Shown one piece after another: positions 60,576 to 64,000 of a DNA stretch of 64,000 nucleotides (position 1 is its first letter; every line of letters starts with the position of its first letter). A program made the position numbers and the translations under genes. The DNA lies in assembly GCA_039621445.1 (NCBI GenBank), contig CP154954.1, positions 12,270,716-12,334,715 on the forward strand. Direction: 5' to 3'. The notes beneath the pieces were generated by a model. That model was not told the origin of the DNA, did not search any database, and was given only the letters and a program-made list of their open reading frames with translations. The stretch comes from Euglena gracilis (lineage: Eukaryota).

Positions 60576-63462
60576 GGCTATTAAGGGAGGAAATTCAACA
60601 AAAATATGAAGGAACGGTTTTTAGGTCAACGGTATACCCGGACCCACCCATAAGGGGACCCTATGGGTATGCTTTTATACCTTTGAAGGAAGGAGCAACA
60701 CCAACTCGACAAAAACCATTCTTCATGCACGGGGAACGAAAAGAAGCTTTGGAAAAAATCACTCAAGATTGGATCAATATGAAATTCATCGAGCCAGCCA
60801 CAACAAAAAATTCAGAATGGCTCTCACAAACTTTCCCCGTGCCCAAAAAGTCTCCCGATTTTCCTTGGAGGGGGGTTGTTGACATGAGGGGACCCAATAG
60901 CCAAACCCGTAGGTGCAACTACCCTCTTCCGAAAATCGAAGATATATCCTGGTGAAGCATGGTGGCAACCAAATGTTCTCCATTTTGGACTTAAAACAAG
61001 CATTCCACCAACAACCGCTTCACCCGGATAGCCGGCCAATAACTTGCTCCTTCACACCAAAGGGTCTCTACCAATGGAGGGTCAATGTAATGGGGTTAAC
61101 TAATGCCTCACAACAATTTCAACAAATGATGGATGAGAGGCTAGCACCCGTAAGGGACATAGCAACCCCATACATAGATGATATTTTGGTGGGGACAACC
61201 GTTGGGGAGGGGGAAGACCTCCTAGAGGCGCACAAACGGGATTTGTGCCGAGTTTTGGATTTGTTGGCCAAAGAATTTTTTGTGGTGGACCCAAAAAAGG
61301 CAAAATTGTTCATCAAGGAAGTGGAATTTTGTGGCCAAATTTTGGGTCATGGTGCCCGATGGCCAGCACCGGGCAAACTTCGTGCCATTGAAAAATGGGA
61401 GGTTCCCACAACCATTACCGCATTAAGAGCTTTCCTTGGTTTTACCAACTACTACAACACATACATCCATATGTATGCTCAAATTGCCGCACCGTTGCAA
61501 GACAAATTGAAGGTGCCTAGGGATGTTGGTAAAAAGGGAAGCAAGAAAAGAGTTGAATTTGGGGAGGGGGATCTCCAAGCGTTTGAGGAATTGAAGAAGC
61601 GTTTGTGTTCGGGTTTAATCCTTCAACGTGTAGACCCCGATAAACCCTTCGTATTAAGGGTAGATGCAAGTGGGTACGCCGTGGGGGCTACACTAGAACA
61701 ACTTAAGGAAGGAAAGGGTAAGCCCACACCCCAAGACGTGATGGATAAGAAAACGGTGCCTATTGCCTTCATGTCCCGAAAACTTACCGTGGGGCAAAGG
61801 AAATGGACCCCCCGGGAGTTGGAGACTTATGCCATAATTTTGGCGCTCCAAAAATGGGAAAGTTGGATTGGTCTTCAACCTGTTTTGGTGTTGACCGACC
61901 ACCAAAGTTTGGAGGCATGGTCAAAAGAGGTGCTCGATACCCCCAGTGGTCCGGTGGGTAGGAGGGCACGATGGCACCAGATTTTTTCAAAATATGATTT
62001 GACGGTGGGGTACATACCGGGTAAAGAAAACACAATTGCCGACATTTTGAGTCGGTGGGCTTACCCGGCCTCACAAGCATTAAGGGACGTAAGCAAACAC
62101 GGTTCAGCCGAGGATAAGGAAGAAATGGAGGAACTCATAAGAGAGGAAAGGGAAGACGAAAGAAATTGTTTGTGGATTGGAGTGAAAAATCAGCCCAACA
62201 ACCGTAACACGTGGATTAGAGGGGTGATAACCCGTAGCGGGAAATTGGTGGAACCAAAAGATTCCATGGATAGCATGCAAGAGAGGGGAACCGAGAGTGT
62301 AGTAAATCCGGGAGGCATAGACACCACCGTTGACACACACTCACAAGGGCCCAGGTCAAAGGGGAAAAAGGACAAAAAGTTGAGAGTCACTTTTTGGGAT
62401 GGAGTGGACCCCGCGGGTAATTTGGTGACCGACCCAAAACTTTCATCCAATGAGTTACCGAGGGGGGGAACATGCACGGGAGAAGGTGAGGCCACACCAA
62501 CTCCAAGTGTAACCCCCAAGGGAACAAATTCGGTTTGGGAGCAAGATTGGGTGGTTGCATACACTTTGTGTCCCACGTGGAAAAAGATTTGGCAAGCAAC
62601 ACAAGAAAATGGTGAGTGGCCTAAGGGGGTGAAAGTCCACAAAAACCAAATGTTTCGAGAGGAGAAGTTGTGCATTCCACTAAGTTTTCAAGAAATGATC
62701 ATCCTTGAAAACCACAAATTTCTTGGACACGTTGGTCCGGAAAAGGTGTGGAGGCACGTCAATTTGAGGTATGCATGGGCTGATGAAAAGAAGGCGAAAT
62801 TTTTCACCGACAGTTGTAGCAAAAATTGCACAACATGTCAAGCGAGCTCGAGGGGGGAGACATTGAAAGGACCCATTGACTCAACACCCATACCACCCGC
62901 ACCCATGGTAAGTGTGGCTATTGATCTTTTCAAAATGCCGAAGGTGTTGTACGAGGGGGGGGAGTACAACACAATGGCTGTTTGCGTGGACCGACATTCC
63001 GGTTGGATTGTAGCCATACCATGTTTTGATAAAGGATTAACGGGTGCAAAATTGGCCAAGGAAATGCTTAAAGCCCAATGGAAACCCTTTGGAGTCCCGT
63101 CAATAATTTCAAGTGACCAAGGGAGCCATTTTGTCAACACATGGTGGCAAACCATGTGTTCGCTCATGGGAATTCGGCAAGCATTTTCCCAAGCTTACCA
63201 CCACCAAGCAAATGGGAGGGTGGAGAGAGCCGGACAACAAATAATGGAAATCCTCCGAAAGTTGTTTGTGGAGGAAAAAATGAATTGGGTGGAAGCACTT
63301 CCCCAAGTTTTGGATCGCATTCATGACACAAAGGGGGAGAGTGGTTTTAGTCCTTATGAGATTTTATTCGGAAGGGATAGACCCATTGGGGGGATACCCA
63401 TTGGGGGGATACCCTATGAACCATCAAAGGAGTGTGTAGACACTCAAAGTTTCGCCGAATAA
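60518..63462 (+). pseudogene. pol: Pol RT - RNase H - integrase core (frameshifted)
   Basis: RT: WRGVVDMR, LDLKQAFHQ, MGLTNA, YIDD (61171-61182). RNase H: VDASG (D 61663), RELE, TDHQSL, NTIADILSR. Integrase: H..H..CTTC zinc finger (62713-62838), IDLF, SDQGSHF, ANGRVER. Frameshifts at G11 (60520-60530) and GATATATC (60941). Confidence 0.93.
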
Positions 63463-64000
63463 GGGAGGTGGATGAGAAAGTTGCTAAGGTTCTCAACCAC
63501 GCACATTGGGTTCAAGCGAGTTGGAGGAGGGAGTTGGTACCCTTAAAATTGGGAACCCAAGTGTGGTATAGGAGACCCGAAGGATCCGGAGAAAAATTGG
63601 ATTCCAGATGGATTGGACCTGGGATTATTAAAGCCCGGGAGGGGGAGAGGAGTTACATTGTTGAAATTAAACCCGGGATGGAAATGAAGGTTCATCGTAG
63701 TTTCCTGAAGGAATACAAAGAGCCTGAAGTTTTTGGTGAGGGGGTGTCTTTGTTCTTTTTCAAGAGGACCGAAAAAGAAGAGGAAGCAATGCCTGATGAG
63801 TGGGAGGTGGAGAAAATTCTGAACCACCGAAAGAAGGGGGGAACCAGGGAATTCCTCACGAAATGGGTTGGTTACAACGAGGGGGAGGAACCTGGGAGCC
63901 GGTGGGGAATTTCATACACCGATTTAGTGAGGAGTTGGTGAGGTATTGCACGAAGAAAAACCCAGGGGTCGATCTGATGTCCGAATTGAAAAAATCTTTG
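63432..64000 (+). pseudogene. Integrase C-terminus (GPY/F-like) and chromodomain; runs off window
   Basis: KLDSRWIGPG..SYIVE..VHRSFLKEY, then EWEVEKILNHRKKGGTREFLTKWVGY. Restoring one base at ~63890 continues as TWEPVGNF, and the frame stays open to the window end. Confidence 0.85.

Larger units (their letters stand above)
53966..64000 (+). mobile_element. Ty3/gypsy (chromovirus-like) LTR retrotransposon carrying two DNA methyltransferase domains; 3' end outside window
   Basis: Domain order gag - C5 MTase - N6A-type MTase - PR - RT - RNaseH - IN - chromodomain. The 5' boundary is inferred from the abrupt end of the host transposon's motifs and a TG within hairpin GACTGTCGG..CCGACAGTC (53963-53987). 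The LTR cannot be confirmed without the 3' copy. Confidence 0.9.

Overview
Repeat-dominated eukaryotic DNA. I found no recognisable host housekeeping gene, RNA gene or CRISPR array. The window has three main components. (1) From ~53.96 kb to the window end is a Ty3/gypsy (chromovirus-like) LTR retrotransposon. Its pol region carries two DNA methyltransferase domains in tandem upstream of the protease: a compact cytosine-C5 MTase and a phage-Dam/DIRS-type amino (N6A-type) MTase. These are followed by PR-RT-RNaseH-integrase-chromodomain. Gag and pol are in the same frame, separated by a single TAG followed by a stem-loop (readthrough candidate). (2) There is a family of TIR DNA transposons (TIR consensus CTTAGGCGGCCGAATTCGCACTTAAG, 4-bp TSD in the complete copy). 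It encodes a very divergent Academ/DUF6589-like DDE transposase split by a non-GT-AG intervening sequence with complementary ends, and the longest copy also has a second, orphan spliced gene. (3) The rest is a matrix of dispersed repeats, hAT-like MITEs, a foldback element and very long microsatellites, with several nested insertions. All element ORFs carry frameshifts, many in homopolymers, so some may be assembly errors. All family assignments come from motifs read by eye, not from database searches.
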